Assembly: GCA_017499595.2 (NCBI GenBank)
Contig: JAFIQS020000014.1
Location: 124,001 to 188,000 of the forward strand
Direction of reading: 5' to 3'
Source of the DNA: Psilocybe cubensis
Lineage: Eukaryota
DNA: 64,000 nt
Each line of letters opens with the position of its first letter. Positions within the stretch are counted from its first letter, which is position 1. Positions 13,401-26,100 of this stretch are shown here, one piece after another. The position numbers were made by a program, and so were the translations under genes. The notes under the pieces are model-generated. The model saw only the letters and a list, made by a program, of their open reading frames with translations, made no database searches and was not told the origin of the DNA.

Positions 13401-16209
13401 CTCAGGTAGGAAAGGTGGCGGAAGTGTGGAAGTGAGGGTGGGCGGAACCAAAGGGCCCGATATACCAGTCAGAGACGCGGGCCCCATGGGTGAAAATTTT
13501 TTGAGGGGTCCTAGGACCAGGATCTTGTGATGATAGGGATACGAAGATGAAGGGACAGACTGTAGCATTCCAGAACCATATATTCCTGCAGCTCAGTAAT
13601 CTGTAACCCTCTAACCCGTTTACTGAAACTGAATGCCGAAAACTGTAGACTGAAAACTGAATGCTGAAAACTGAAACTGAAGACGGAAGGCTGATGGCGG
13701 TACACGGATAGTGCGGCTGATCCAATATGGCAAGGTCGTGTCGAATCGCTCTGTTGTCACCATATGGAGGCGTCGGATCGGACAGCGCACAGAGGGATGG
13801 TGGTGGAAGCTTGTTGAGTCTGCGCTACACAATGTACGGAAGTCTATCTACGTGGTCACGTGACTAACAACCGAATCCCCTGGTACACCGGACCTTTTCA
13901 AGAAGGGTTCGGTTGAGACGTTCGGCTGTGCCGTTGTATTCGGGGGTGTCATGGACTATGAGTCATCTAATGGTGCCGGAGTGTTCGAGATGGGCAGTAA
14001 ACTCTTTACTCAGATATTCGCCGCCGCGATCTGAGTGGAGTTTCTTGATGCGCTGTCCATGCTGGGTCTGCAACCATGCCTCGAATTTGAGGTATGATTC
14101 GAAGGCGTAGGATTTCTTTGGAATGAGGTAAATGGTGGTGTATCGGCTGTAATCATCTGTGAAGCTGATGAAGTACTTCTTCTTGTTGATAGTCTCGACG
14201 GATGCTGGACCCCACAAATCAGAATGCACTTCCTCGCCCACCGCCTTAGCCTTCTCACCCTCCCTCACTTTCTGAATACCCTTCCGATGGCCCTTTCCCC
14301 GCTCGCACGACATGCAAAATGATGGCTTGCTGGTCTTGTCTAGCTCCACACCCGTCACCATCCCCTTTTCAACCAACTTCCTTGCTGCCTCATGGCCAAC
14401 ATGCCCCAATCGTCGATGCAACTCATCTATCGTGAGGAGTTCCTTCACGCGCCCGTGGTAACCCGCAGTTTCAGGGCGTGCTGAATAGACACGGTAAAGT
14501 CCATTCTTCACATTGACCGTCCCAATATTGACCTTCTCTTTATTGAAGATCCGGCATGTGGTGCCAGCAAAAATGACGATAAAGCCCGCCAGGGCAATAC
14601 GGCTGATGGAGACCAGGGTGACTCCCATCAATGGTGCATAGAGGACATTGCGAAGGAGCACCTTTGACATACCGTCTCTGGTAGGTACGTCCACGTACAT
14701 GTCTCCTTGTCCGATAGCGTTAAATTCACGCTTATCTGCAGCTGAAATGGGCTTTGGGGAGATTTCGATGTAATTGATGAAGCGGTGTCTATGGCCGGAC
14801 ATGTGTCGTGATGCACCGGAGTCGTACAGGTCGATATCAACAAGAGAACTTCCCATGCCACTGGTGGTGAGTGCAGCCGCATTGAAGGTGGTGGTAAAGG
14901 CCTGATCGTCCTCCTCCTTGACCAGCAAGATGAACTCAATACCGTCCTCCATGCTTTCGCCTTCTTTGCAACTCCCACCTGTCAATCCAATCAACAGCTT
15001 CAACATCTCATCCTTGTCGTTATCAGAATCATCCCACCCGTACTCGCTGCTTTCATCCAAGCACTCGTCATCGTCATCGTCTGATTCATCCTCGGAATCG
15101 GACACCTGCTGCAATTCAGGCATATCGCCGTCATCGCTCATGGAGTCGGAATGATCCGTGACATCCGAATTGGTAGGAGAGGGGTCGAGATCAAATTCGT
15201 CTGGTGAAAAGAAATCGGAGAGGGCATCTTCAGTGAGTTCTGAAAGCTCAAATTCATCGTCTGAAAAGGCTGACATGGCCATCCACGCAGCATCCGGCTC
15301 TTCCTCCTTCGCTTTGGCACTAGCCGCAGCATCCTTGCTCTTGCCCTTTCCATCCTTCTCCTTCTCCTTCCCCTTTGGCTCCTGCCCAGCCTTTCCTCCC
15401 CCTTCAGCCCAACAGTCGGCCTTATAATGGCCCTTCCTTTTGCAGTTATAACATTCTGCAAACCTCCTCCCTCTTCCAGTGTTTCCCCTTCCCTTCGACG
15501 AGCTTTCACCTGCACTAAATGCGGCATTCTCCTCTTTCTTTGACGACGATGCCTTTGAGGTCAGAAAACGGCAGTCATATTCATCAGTTAAGGACTGCAT
15601 CAACTCGTCAGCTGACAGAGTTGTGCCAAGCACGCTCGACGTGGCATAAACGGAGGAAATATAGGGATTGTAGGATGGTGGGAGGGAGCTGATGGCTATG
15701 GTGTACATTTCGTCATCTGTTGGGGGGTGGCCCATAGCTGTGAGGTCTTCTCGCATGGTGCGCAACTTCGCAAAGTGTGCACGAACATCGCCTTTCTCTG
15801 GACATCTTTTGTCCTGGAGTCGGCGCCGCAAATCCAAAGAAACCATCCGGGATTTGTTCTCGAAGTCGCTTGCAAGCGCTTCCCAGATCTCGCGCGCAGT
15901 GCCCTTGCCGCGGATCTTCATAAACAGTGAGTCTGGAATCGTTGCTGCAATCTGCTGCTTGACAATAGCTTCGCCCTGTTTCCAGGTCTTCAGCTCCTTC
16001 TTCCATGCGGTTTCCAAGGCCTCGTCTGGCTTCGCACTCGAGTCCAACAACGGGTTGACTGGCTCCATTTCGGAACCATCAATATGCTCGAGGAGACCGC
16101 GTGCGTCGACGGCCCACTGGAACCGATCCTTGTAGACCACCCAGTTGGTACCAGCAACATCGAGCTTTGGAATGCGGAGAAGGTCGTCACCTAGTTTGGT
16201 AGTGGACAT
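10452..16209 (-). pseudogene. gag-pol: Copia gag-pol polyprotein with two nonsense codons (~13963, ~11616) and a TRIM insertion
   Basis: Zinc knuckle CYNCKRKGHYKADC, protease YDSGASRH, GAG-pre HRRLGH, integrase HSDLWGP/HSDRGGEY, RT YKARLVARG/HVDD, RNase H ARTKHIDIRYH. The segments fall in one frame once the insertion is removed. Confidence 0.95.
12736..13887 (-). mobile_element. TRIM-like non-autonomous LTR element (1152 bp) nested in the Copia integrase
   Basis: 123-bp TG...CA terminal direct repeats (12736-12858, 13765-13887; one mismatch seen). 4-bp TSD CCGG. PBS-like TGGTGACAAC and PPT-like GGGACGGGGAAA on the minus strand. Removal restores the integrase sequence ...LLEKVRAMLHDA. Confidence 0.92.
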
Positions 16210-16872
16210 GATTGCAACGGAGTTATTGACAGTAAGGTTTTATGGCAGACAGTAGTGTATATCGAGAATTTAGCAGTGTACACCGGGGCCCATAACCTAA
16301 TGGAAACAATAGCACTCAGTATGTAGGAAACAGACTGATATATTCGGTAAGCTGTACCTAATGGAAACAATAGCACTATACGGAAGTTTGAGTAAAGGTA
16401 AATAAGGGATATCAGGACATAGCTCACCTCAGTATGTAGGAAACAGACTGAGGTGGCTCGTCGACGAGAAACGAAATATATAGGGACACGAACATGAATG
16501 TTGCGTGTCCATTCAAGAAAGAAAGAACAAAATAAACATATGCCAACATGCGCAAACGCGGCGTGTTGGTTTGAATATCCAACATAGTTCACTCACCCAG
16601 ATCTTAGGGGTGCATGGGGGTAAACGAAGGCCGAGAAAATGAATAGATCGATACATGATATCTCAAAGTTCGCCTATACCTAACGGAGCTCGGCACACAC
16701 TGCAAAAATCTGTCATCAAAATGAGTCCCTGCGTGTGTATAAGATACTATACTCAGAATCGACATTTGTATAAGAGCTGTACGCATTCTAAACTGGGCAT
16801 TCAGTATCGCGACAACATCATTCACTTGACAGTCAAACTACTACTACCTCTATCCTTCCACCCATAGCCAAA

Positions 16873-17557
16873 ATGTCTCACAGTAATGAAGTTTTTCAAA
16901 ACCACATTGATTTTCTGGATCTTTGTGCTGAATATCAGGGACTCCAAGTCTTCAAAGTTCAAACCCAAACGTGAGTATGAGTATCCCTACGAGTCACAGA
17001 GGTGTTTTCTAACCATTCTTCGAACTTACACAGCGCTGCCAGTCGGTCCAAACGTGGGATACTTGGGCCAGGTCGCATGTACACCTAACGGTAAAGTTCA
17101 GAACCCCGTAAGTATTCAAATTTTAAAATTTCTCAACACACACTCACCTCAATCCTAGCGCGGCCTGTTTTTCCTATTAAAGGAGGGCAGCGATGCCCTT
17201 GGAGACATTGTAGACTGGGAGCCCGTATTCATCGATATTGAACAAGGCCAATTCTCAACCTGGCGCGGTGTTCCCGCCGATCCTGAGCGTTACGTGTGCG
17301 GCGGCCATTTCTTTGTGCTTGGGGTGGACAAGCCTACGGCGGAGCAGACGGCTAGTATCAGAGCCATCCGCAAGGACCTCGTTTCGGAACGTCAGCCGCA
17401 GCGTCTTGTCTGGGAGATCCGCCTACCCAAGGCGAAACTGAGCATTTGGGATATGGAAGTTACGGACCACCTCCATGTCGTACCATGCGCGTTCATATCG
17501 ACGGTATCAGATTCTGTTGAGGAGTTGGAGATACCTGTGGTCCGCTTTGACGCGTAG
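16873..17557 (+). pseudogene. Vps62-like copy 5, frameshifted in exon 1 by a 7-bp duplication (exons 16873-16970, 17034-17107, 17159-17557)
   Basis: Closest to copy 1. A TTCAAAG duplication at ~16951 puts the exon-1 donor out of phase with exon 2. Exons 2-3 remain open. Confidence 0.75.
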
Positions 17558-18207
17558 AAAGCTGTTCTAAGCGGCCTTGGTATGTGATGTGACCATGTTG
17601 AATGTTCATATATATAACTCATCATTTCATGTGTGCGTAGAGGCCACACACTCGCCACGCGTGTCTAATCTTTGCTTGACAGATGTATTGCGTTGTGTAG
17701 AAAATATAACAAAAAAAAGTTGTCATTGGGAATCATGACCATTCCATCGAAGACATTGACCGAACTCCTGGGATACATTTCAATGTTCTGAAGGCATTTT
17801 TCAAAAACAACTGTAACCTTTAATTCCTCCGAGAAATTAAGATACCTGTAAAGATGTAACGAAGTACTTGGTACACGACGATTGAAGATTTGAGACTTGA
17901 AAAGATGTCACTAGGAGTACCCTTCAAAGTAAACATCCGATGGTCCTTGGTCCACGCCATACCAATTCATCCAGGTTGCTGCGTTCATCAACTAAATAGG
18001 CAGTAGATTACAATGCAATGTAATCCCATACAATAATTTTTTAGTCTTACAAATCCACCCAATTTTTGGGGCCTGGTTTACAATGTCAAGCAATAGTTTT
18101 ATTAGGTTAGAAAGTGGTCATAATTATTCAATTTAAATTTTTATTCATTTGAGTACAGTAGTAGGGACATGTTATGCATGTACATTGAAAGCGCATGCAA
18201 TATCGGA

Positions 18208-18480
18208 CTAGTGTGCGTGCACGTTCTCCTTCCCGCCCGCAGACCAGTGCGGCGCGCCGAGGATGGGGTGCTGATACCCCTGCTGTGCATGAGAATGCTG
18301 CTTGTGCACCTCCTCCGTGACCAGCGCATCCTCTCCGAGCAACACTCTCTCATCCACAGGCTTCATCACGAGCAAGACAGATAAGAATAACACCTAATAT
18401 GATGCTCAGTAAACCCATATTCCAACAGTTAAACAATAGAATGAATACGTACCACTGTCTCGAGCGGGTCAAAGAGAAGC
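18208..18480 (-). pseudogene. Captured 3' exon fragments of an unidentified host gene
   Basis: Codon-like GC-rich exon (VLLVMKPVDERVLLGEDALVTEEV...) with a flanking intron, immediately downstream of HSP60 inside the TIR element. Confidence 0.4.
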
Positions 18481-18777
18481 GTGAGCGGTTTGGCGAGCTA
18501 GAGACGGGTAAATAGAATGTTGTAGAATCAAGTTAGTAAACAACTTTTTGATAGTAACAAATACTTAATAAAAAAAAGGAAAAAAATATGACTGAGCGGG
18601 AGAGTAGTGGATAATGGATCAATGTGAAATAGAAAAAATGCAGAAATGCAGAATGCAGAAAACATATACAGAAAAAAGCAATAAGAGAAGCGTGATAGAT
18701 GCGGCGAGGGACGAGGGATAACGAGGGTTGGAGGAGGAGGTGATGAATAAAACAAAAACCACAGCTCACCTTGCCCT

Positions 18778-20535
18778 CTAAAATCCACCCATGCCACCCA
18801 TGCCACCCATGCCACCCATACCACCCATACCCCCAGCACCTGCCTTCTCCTCCTCGGGAGAATTGACGACACACGCCTCGCTCGTGAACAGCAAGCTGGC
18901 TACGCCGCTTGCATCCACCAACGCCGTGCGCACGACTTTCAAGGGGTCAACGATGTGACCCTTGCGCACCATGTCGACGTACTCGCCCTTGGTGGCGTTG
19001 TAGCCCCAGGAGAACTTGTCTGCGCTGCCATAGCCCGTTGGGCCTGCAAGGAATGTTAGATGGTTCCAGATGTACATTGTGTACAACACCACTCACCCTG
19101 GTTCAAAAGAGCACCAACGATAACAGCACTCTTCTCATTGGCATTATTCAGAATCGCACGCGTAGGCTGCGTAAGCACACGCCTGATAATACCCACACCC
19201 AACTCCTGATCAAAGTTGGCCATACAAATAGGCTGGGCATCTCCACTCACAGGGTTGCTCGTGCTCGCAGCCTGCGCACTCGCCGTCGCGAGCTGCAACG
19301 ACGCCTTGAGGAGCGCAACACCGCCTCCGGGGAGGATACCCTCCTCGACAGCAGCGCGCGTCGCATTGAGCGCATCGTTGTATCTGTCCTTCTTCTCGCC
19401 AACCTCGACCTCGGATGCACCACCCACCTTGATGACAGCTACACCTCCGCTCAGCTTTGCGAGACGCTCTTGCAACTTGCTGCGGTCAAAGTCGCCCGTC
19501 GTGGGGTCCACAATCAAGGCACGGATCTGCTTGCACCGTGCAGCAATCTGATGTGACGCTTCCAGTCGAACCAAGCATCTCCGCTGACGCACGCTCGAGC
19601 TTGACATCGAGCTCGTCCGTGAACACAGTTCCACAAGTGAGAATAGCAAGGTTGCCGAGGATGCTCTTGCGGTTGTCTCCAAACCCAGGAGCCTTGACAG
19701 CGCACACCTGCAGCTGACCACGGAGTTTGTTGAGGATGCAGGCAGTGAGAGCCTCGCCATCAACGTCCTCCGCAATGATGATCAGTGGCCGTCTGGCCTG
19801 CGCCGCGGCCTCAAGGGCAGGGAGGATATCCTATAGAGCAGATATCTTCTTTTCTGAAAGCAGGATGAAGGGCTTCTTGAACTCGACGTGTTGGGTCTTG
19901 GTGTTGGCGATGAAGTAGGGTGAAATGTAACCACGGTCGAAGCGCATACCCTCGGTGATCTCAATCTCGTCCTCAATTGTCTTTCCCTCCTTCACAGTGA
20001 TCACACCCTCCTTTCCAACCTTCTCCATTGCCTGAGCAATCAACCCTCCAACGTGGGCGTCACCGTTTGCGGAAATAGTGGCGTGATTGTTTTGGCGTGT
20101 GCGGAGAGGAAAGAGACGACGCGGTCGACGGCGGCCTGGGAACCACAGCGCAGGTCCATGGGGTTGCATCCAGCTGCGACATTCTTAATACCTTCTGAGT
20201 AGATAGCACACACAAGAACAGTAGTGGTTGTCGTGCCGTCCCCAGTAATCTCGTTTGTTTTTGATGCAACGTCTTGAATCAGGCTGAACAAATCTACTTA
20301 GAGCTTTGCATGAAAACAACGAAATGGGAAGACATACCGAGCGCCCAGGTTCTCAAACTTGTCTTTGAGAGTTATAGACTTTGCGACCGTTACACCATCT
20401 ACCGACAACCAGACCCTCGTCAGCAAACAAGCTGCCTCTCCCAGAACCACGGAACACGCACCCTTGGTGATTTTTGGTCCACTGTACGCCTGCTCAATGA
20501 TCACATTGCGACCCTTTGGTCCAAGTGTTGCACAT
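18778..20535 (-). pseudogene. HSP60: Chaperonin 60 (mitochondrial HSP60/GroEL) pseudogene, 5'-truncated, with introns
   Basis: Motifs [60 protein letters not shown] and the C-terminal GGMGGMGGF tail. Lacks the N-terminus, and has small deletions/frameshifts near 20085 and 19550. Confidence 0.95.
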
Positions 20536-23146
20536 CGACGCAACTATCCGAGCTATGTGAAATAGGTGCCAGCGGTTTCGACGTGGACTCAGAGATGTTT
20601 GTCAAACAAGATCAGCAGATGTCGGAGCTTCAAAATCAAATCAAGCGGAGCCTGAACTCACTTGAAGTCCCGTTGCAAGCAAATCATGTCCACTTTGTTT
20701 GCTTTTTTCTAACCACCACCATCCTCTGCCCACGGATATACATGGGGGCAAGGTACGTGTATTCATCTTTGTAAATTGATGTCTCCTCCTCGCACTAACA
20801 TCATACACATCTTCCTTTAACCAAAACAAGTTATAGATTATACTTTTTTGGTGAGTAATAGATGATTCTCACTCGGTGCTCATCAGTACTCACCACATAC
20901 TAGGACCAACTATCTTGAACACTTGGATGAAGGGTCAGTAGTCTTCAGTGTGCTTTACACTACTAACATTACTTGTGAAAGGTCCCGGACAACCAGACAC
21001 TTGGATACAGACTTGAAAGCATGTACATGTAAGTATATGCGCTTTTTATTGGTTTTTGATTCATTTTTTGATGCATATATTTTGGTCCTCCATTGCCCGT
21101 ACCACTTCAGCTGTTCCGAATGCTGAAAGCTGCCTTTTCCCGTGCGTCTTCACCATTCACACCTTCTTTGTGTCATTGAGTGTAGGAATTGTCAGCTTCA
21201 GGTTCTGTTTTGGTGTTGAGGGTCCGGAGCCGTTCACGCTAGCATGCGGGTTCAATGTGTCTTATATAGTTGTACTATTTTTATGAATAAATAATCTATT
21301 TTTCATTATGATTTTTTGTGTGCTCCAAAAGGCATTACAATTGCAATACCCAGAAATATTGTAAACCTCAAATTAATTTATTCACACTGCAATATTTCCG
21401 TTTTCTTACAACATTTCAAGAGCGTTGTAACGCAGTGCGAGAATTTCGAAGAAAAAAATATTTTATTGGGTTTACAATGCTTTGTAATCTACCCGCACTT
21501 TTTATGATGTTTGTTGATTGAAATCATGGCAGTTGTATGGACGTCCGAGGGCTTCCGAAGAGCCCTGTGCTCAATATCCAGAATCACAACAAAAAGGCAG
21601 AACAAAATGACTTTTAGACTTACTTAAAGTAGACAAACAAATCCGAGCAGGTGAAGTCTGAATCAAGGAAATGGAAGAGGGACATGGGGTCTTCAGCGCC
21701 ACACCCATAATTTCCGTCTATGATTCCTAAACCACTTCCCTCATTCTGACCAGGCTACCAAAATCGCATGAACTTCAACAATAACAGAATGTACGTAATC
21801 CCTCGTCTTCGTTGGATGGAAGAGATTCTTGGCGGGTAATCGAGCCTTGAAGGATGAAGGGTCCCTCCTATCAATATCATATCACGTACCGAATGACCTC
21901 CGAACTAGGGAACCGAAAAAGATTGTCCAATGCAGAGAGCGTAAATGACGGTTGGGAAGGTGAACATACCTCTGGCGCTATATGAACATTGCTATTCGGA
22001 CACGAACTCGGTCCCTCGGAACACGCAGAGACAAGGGCTTTTCGTTGGAACATTCATTCAAGCATGACCTAACCAAATCGTGGAGTCAGCAGCAGCAGCA
22101 GCAGCAGCAGCTCATTGTTTTCTCCCAAACAATCCATATTCACGGTCTGGAGACGATAGTATTAAAAGTTGACGCATTTCGAATCTTGCATTCCAGAGTC
22201 ACTCCACCAACACTCACTGAACAGTTATTTTAATTCTTAAATCCTCTACCGCCCTCTAAAATATATTCAGTATTCGAAATGTCCAACACCAAATCTGAAC
22301 TCACTAAGTATCTAATCAAATTCAGCAAGACCTCTGCTACATATGACAACCTCGTCGTTCTCACTCCAAGACATATGCCTCATCAATACCTCTCATAGTA
22401 AACGAAATATCTCTAACCAACGTTCCTCCTCACATCTACAGTACAAGGATCCTGGGGATACCTAGGCCAGGCCGCCTGGAAGCATGACGGCCCAACCGCG
22501 CCTCCCGTAAGCCATCCCCCAACACCCGCCCAGTCCAAACAAAACCATCCTAACACCCCTCCTTCTCCTTTTCCTCATCCATCCAGCGCGGATTCATTCT
22601 CATGGCCACAGAAGGCAGCGACGCGCTCGGCGACATCGCCGACTGGGAACCAGTCCAGCGCAGCGCCGAGCCCGCGCCGTTCACCATCTGGCGCGGCATC
22701 CCCTCCGACGGGCACTGGAAAATGTCAGTGCAACGTCAGTGCTGTAAGTGCATGTCAGTGCATACCACACCAATGTCAGTGCAAACTGCAGTGATGTCAG
22801 TGCAATGTCAGTGCACATTTACCATCATGTATAAGTTGGTCAGGTTAATTTCTTGTATGTCAGGGACATGTCAGTGCATTTGTCAGTGCATCGTGCAGTG
22901 GCAAAATTTGTACTTATTACTTGAAAGCTGTGTGGCCGTGAGAAAGTTAACTTAGAACAAAGTATGCTTTAATCGTTCGTAGTTTCTGGGTCAGACCTGG
23001 CTAGATAACAAAACATAGTAGTAGATATATACTCTTTAAGACGTAAAGTAGAAATATATTGTATCGATCTGAGCACAAATTGCAGAAAATCAAAAGAATT
23101 GTAGTAGAATCATCGGATAGGCACCTCAAAGTGTCCCTTTGTATAA

Positions 23147-26100
23147 CTAATCCAACATCTTATGTCGACGATGCTTTAGGATTGGCCTTGGCTTGGGCCG
23201 CGGTTCATTAGAGGGCGCTTGGACTGGTCTCTTTGGCAGATCAACATAATTAGGTCCATACTAGAGATATAGTAAGCATAAACCTAATATTGATGTTGAG
23301 TAAATCAGATACTCACTTCTAGTTCTTCTTCATGTTCAAATGGGTCACGGTCACCACCATTCCAATGGGAGGGTAGATCTTGATAGGGACCCCAGTTATC
23401 TTGATGGTTTCCGACGTCCTTACCCCATGGTTTGTTGCCTGCAGGTCCAGAGCAAATAGAATGCTCAAACATCTCTTCTTCTAGAAGTGAAAGACATTCA
23501 AGATCAACATCCACCTTTTTAATGATGCGGCGGCTCTTTGGTGTGCACTGGGCGATCCATGCTCTCTCTATTAGAGACATATTGCGGTGTTCTGTTGAAG
23601 GTTTCGTGTCAGCAATGAGCGAGGCAATATAAACTGTATATGCATGCGCCAGTGGAAGAAGTGAGGTCCAGAAGCGACGCAAAGACCTATCGCCCATTGC
23701 AACATTGGCCTCAAACCAGTTTATAATTTGTGCACACTCGATTGGAGTCAATGGACCCGTGTGTGCAACAATCTCCTTGGAAATATCTTTCTGACTTGCT
23801 TCAAGCCATGCTTTGGCCGGAACAAGGGCAGAATCAACCTTTTCAGGTTCGAGAAGAAGTTCCGTGAGTATATCACGAGCTGGAGATAATGCAGAATCAA
23901 CCATGGTCGAATATCCGATGGATGAGTCGCTCATGATATCATCAGCGTCAGGAAGAAGCCAGGTAGGTGTCCATTTCCCAAGCTGCATCGCAAAAGAATC
24001 TCAGCACACGATATTAATTTAATTTTGAAAGCAGCACCTACCTGTATCTGACGTCGTGCATGTACATCTCCCCATAGCGAGTCAACCACATCTTTCAATG
24101 GCACACGGGACATTCCATTTATCTGTGCAGGTGGGGGCAATATAAACTCACAGCCTCTCCACCATCGTATCGTCAAAAGTCCATCCGAATCTTCAAGCGA
24201 AATTAAGCGCCCGGGATACCAAAAGCCCTGGTGTTTAACAAGTACACCTCTACCACAACGGAGCCTCTTGTTTAACGGCAGAGAAGACAGAGTGCGTTCT
24301 TCCATTTCCCTGAAATAAACTGTTAATATTTACATCAAATGTCAGAGAAGATTGTGAACCTACTTCCGAAGAGCAGCCTGTGAAGGTTTTCTTGATGAAC
24401 GACGAACTGGAAATCTGGGAGGCCTTTCGTTGTGCTTGTAGCAAATGAAACGTGAGCGGTTTCCAAGTCTGCATGCAGTTCCATTTCGCTGACATGCAAT
24501 ATGAGACCACTCTAAGCATCTCGAGCATTGAATTACAGCTCCTTCAATGTCATTGCGATATAACACATTTCCATTTCCAGTGGCTCCACATCGACAGTTA
24601 ATGGAAAAGTCTGAGTCGGGAGGTGATACATCTCGCAATGGACTCGCTGGCATATTGCTGAAATCGTTGGGAGGTCCTGTTGCAAGAAATTCTAGTGCTG
24701 ATTGATCCGAGTCAGATTTGCCTTTGATAGTATGATGAGTTTTGCCGCCAGTTGTTGAGTCTGATTTTGAATCGCTATTGGCTATATGGGTCGAGTCTGA
24801 TTTCGAATCGTCATTGGCTATCTGGGAGATATGGACATATTCAATAGTAGACCGAAGAGCCATCTAGTTTTTGCGCTGTTCATGGGGGAGAAGAACAAGA
24901 TTATGGACGCCTGTTTGAAGAGAAACTGTTGGTAAGGCCATTGATGAATTTTGGGTAAGTTGTATATCATAGCGTCGGAGTAGTGCCTGAGATCAAATGT
25001 CGTAGAACCGCTCTTGTGCTTCAGTACCACCACGAAGACAATAGAGTGCATATATAACACCATAACCGTCAGGAAGTGAGATATTCTTTCCAGAAACAAA
25101 GCCTGCAAATTTCGCCTTGGATTCAACTTTAGGGTGTCCACCATAGAGCTGTCCGTCGTACGTATATATTGTTTTTTGATTGCCTGACACATACCGTAGA
25201 TTGAAATGGCTTGCCGTAGGGCTATGGAGAACGAGAGCAACAAGGTCATAGACAATGAATCCTCGTGGTCTTCATGGAACTTTGCAAATGAAGCAAAGGC
25301 TTGTTCGTGTGTATTTGATAGAGATCCCTTGATGAATTTTCGGCGCTCTTTTCCGACCCGATCCGCATTGAGAAGCACAGGAGTTATATCAGCAACAGAC
25401 TCTCCTGGGCCATTAAGAGTAGGAACTCCCATTACAAGAGCAAGCGGTCCAGACTTTGGATGACTCTCGACAATGGCTTCAAACTGCTGACGCTGTCCTG
25501 GAAGAATATGAAGAATGTGGGTTGGGCGCCGGTGTGTGTGAGTGCCGTGATTAGAAAAGTGAACCCCATACTTCCAAGTCGAAATAACAGACTCAACGGA
25601 ACACAGTTCGTGTTTCCGTTCCAAACCACAGTGGCATGGTAAAGCACATTGAATATCACGGCTAGTTTTTCGAGCCTGAGGTCGGATAATCATTTGGCAG
25701 GTAGGATCCAAACAGACAATAATACCAAGACATTTTCGTGTAATTTGGTGACCATTTTGCCAGACCTCCGCATGCACAGATCTGTTTCGACGTCCACCAG
25801 AGGTAGAAAAGGCCCAGTGAAAAGTAAGATTGCCAGTTTTAGCATATTCTTGATGAGTAAAATCCAGCTCAAGATCACCGTCAGGCCAACCATCCCAAGT
25901 ATTGCTAGTAGTAAATTCTATTCCAGGGATTGACACAGATAGACCTTGTACAGCTGCTGATGACGGAACCGAGTTGACAGTTGGTTGGGATTGTGTAACC
26001 TGCATCGGTGCCGGTGTCACGGAAAGGCGTCCATTAGAATGAGCGTTGGAATTCTCGATATAGCTGATAAGATTCCCTAAGAATAGATTGGTGAGCTCTG

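Larger units (their letters stand above)
10158..16584 (-). mobile_element. Ty1/Copia LTR retrotransposon, full length but inactivated
   Basis: 287-bp LTRs at 10158-10444 and 16298-16584. 5-bp TSD TAGTT (10153-10157, 16585-16589). PBS GGTTATGGGCCC and PPT TTGAGGGGGAG on the minus strand. Domain order gag-PR-IN-RT-RH. Confidence 0.97.
17986..21509. mobile_element. Non-autonomous TIR DNA transposon carrying captured host genes (Pack-type), 5'-CATCA termini
   Basis: ~55-bp imperfect TIRs (CATCA..GTAGATTACAAxGCAxTGTAAxCCCA). Probable 2-bp TSD TT. The paralogous region at ~44250-44275 is the empty site (CCAGGTTGCTG...TTTGTTGATTG contiguous). Confidence 0.8.

Noticed and set aside
12933-13568. 211-aa ORF inside the TRIM
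   Set aside because: No recognisable gag/pol motifs and S/P-rich composition; not supportable as a gene.
18778-20535. Functional HSP60 or a bacterial groEL transfer
   Set aside because: Has spliceosomal introns, a truncation and frameshifts, and lies within a TIR element.
22087-22110. (CAG)8 polyglutamine ORF
   Set aside because: Lies in the promoter region of copy 6; the paralogous promoter at ~44860 lacks the run, so it is a non-coding microsatellite.
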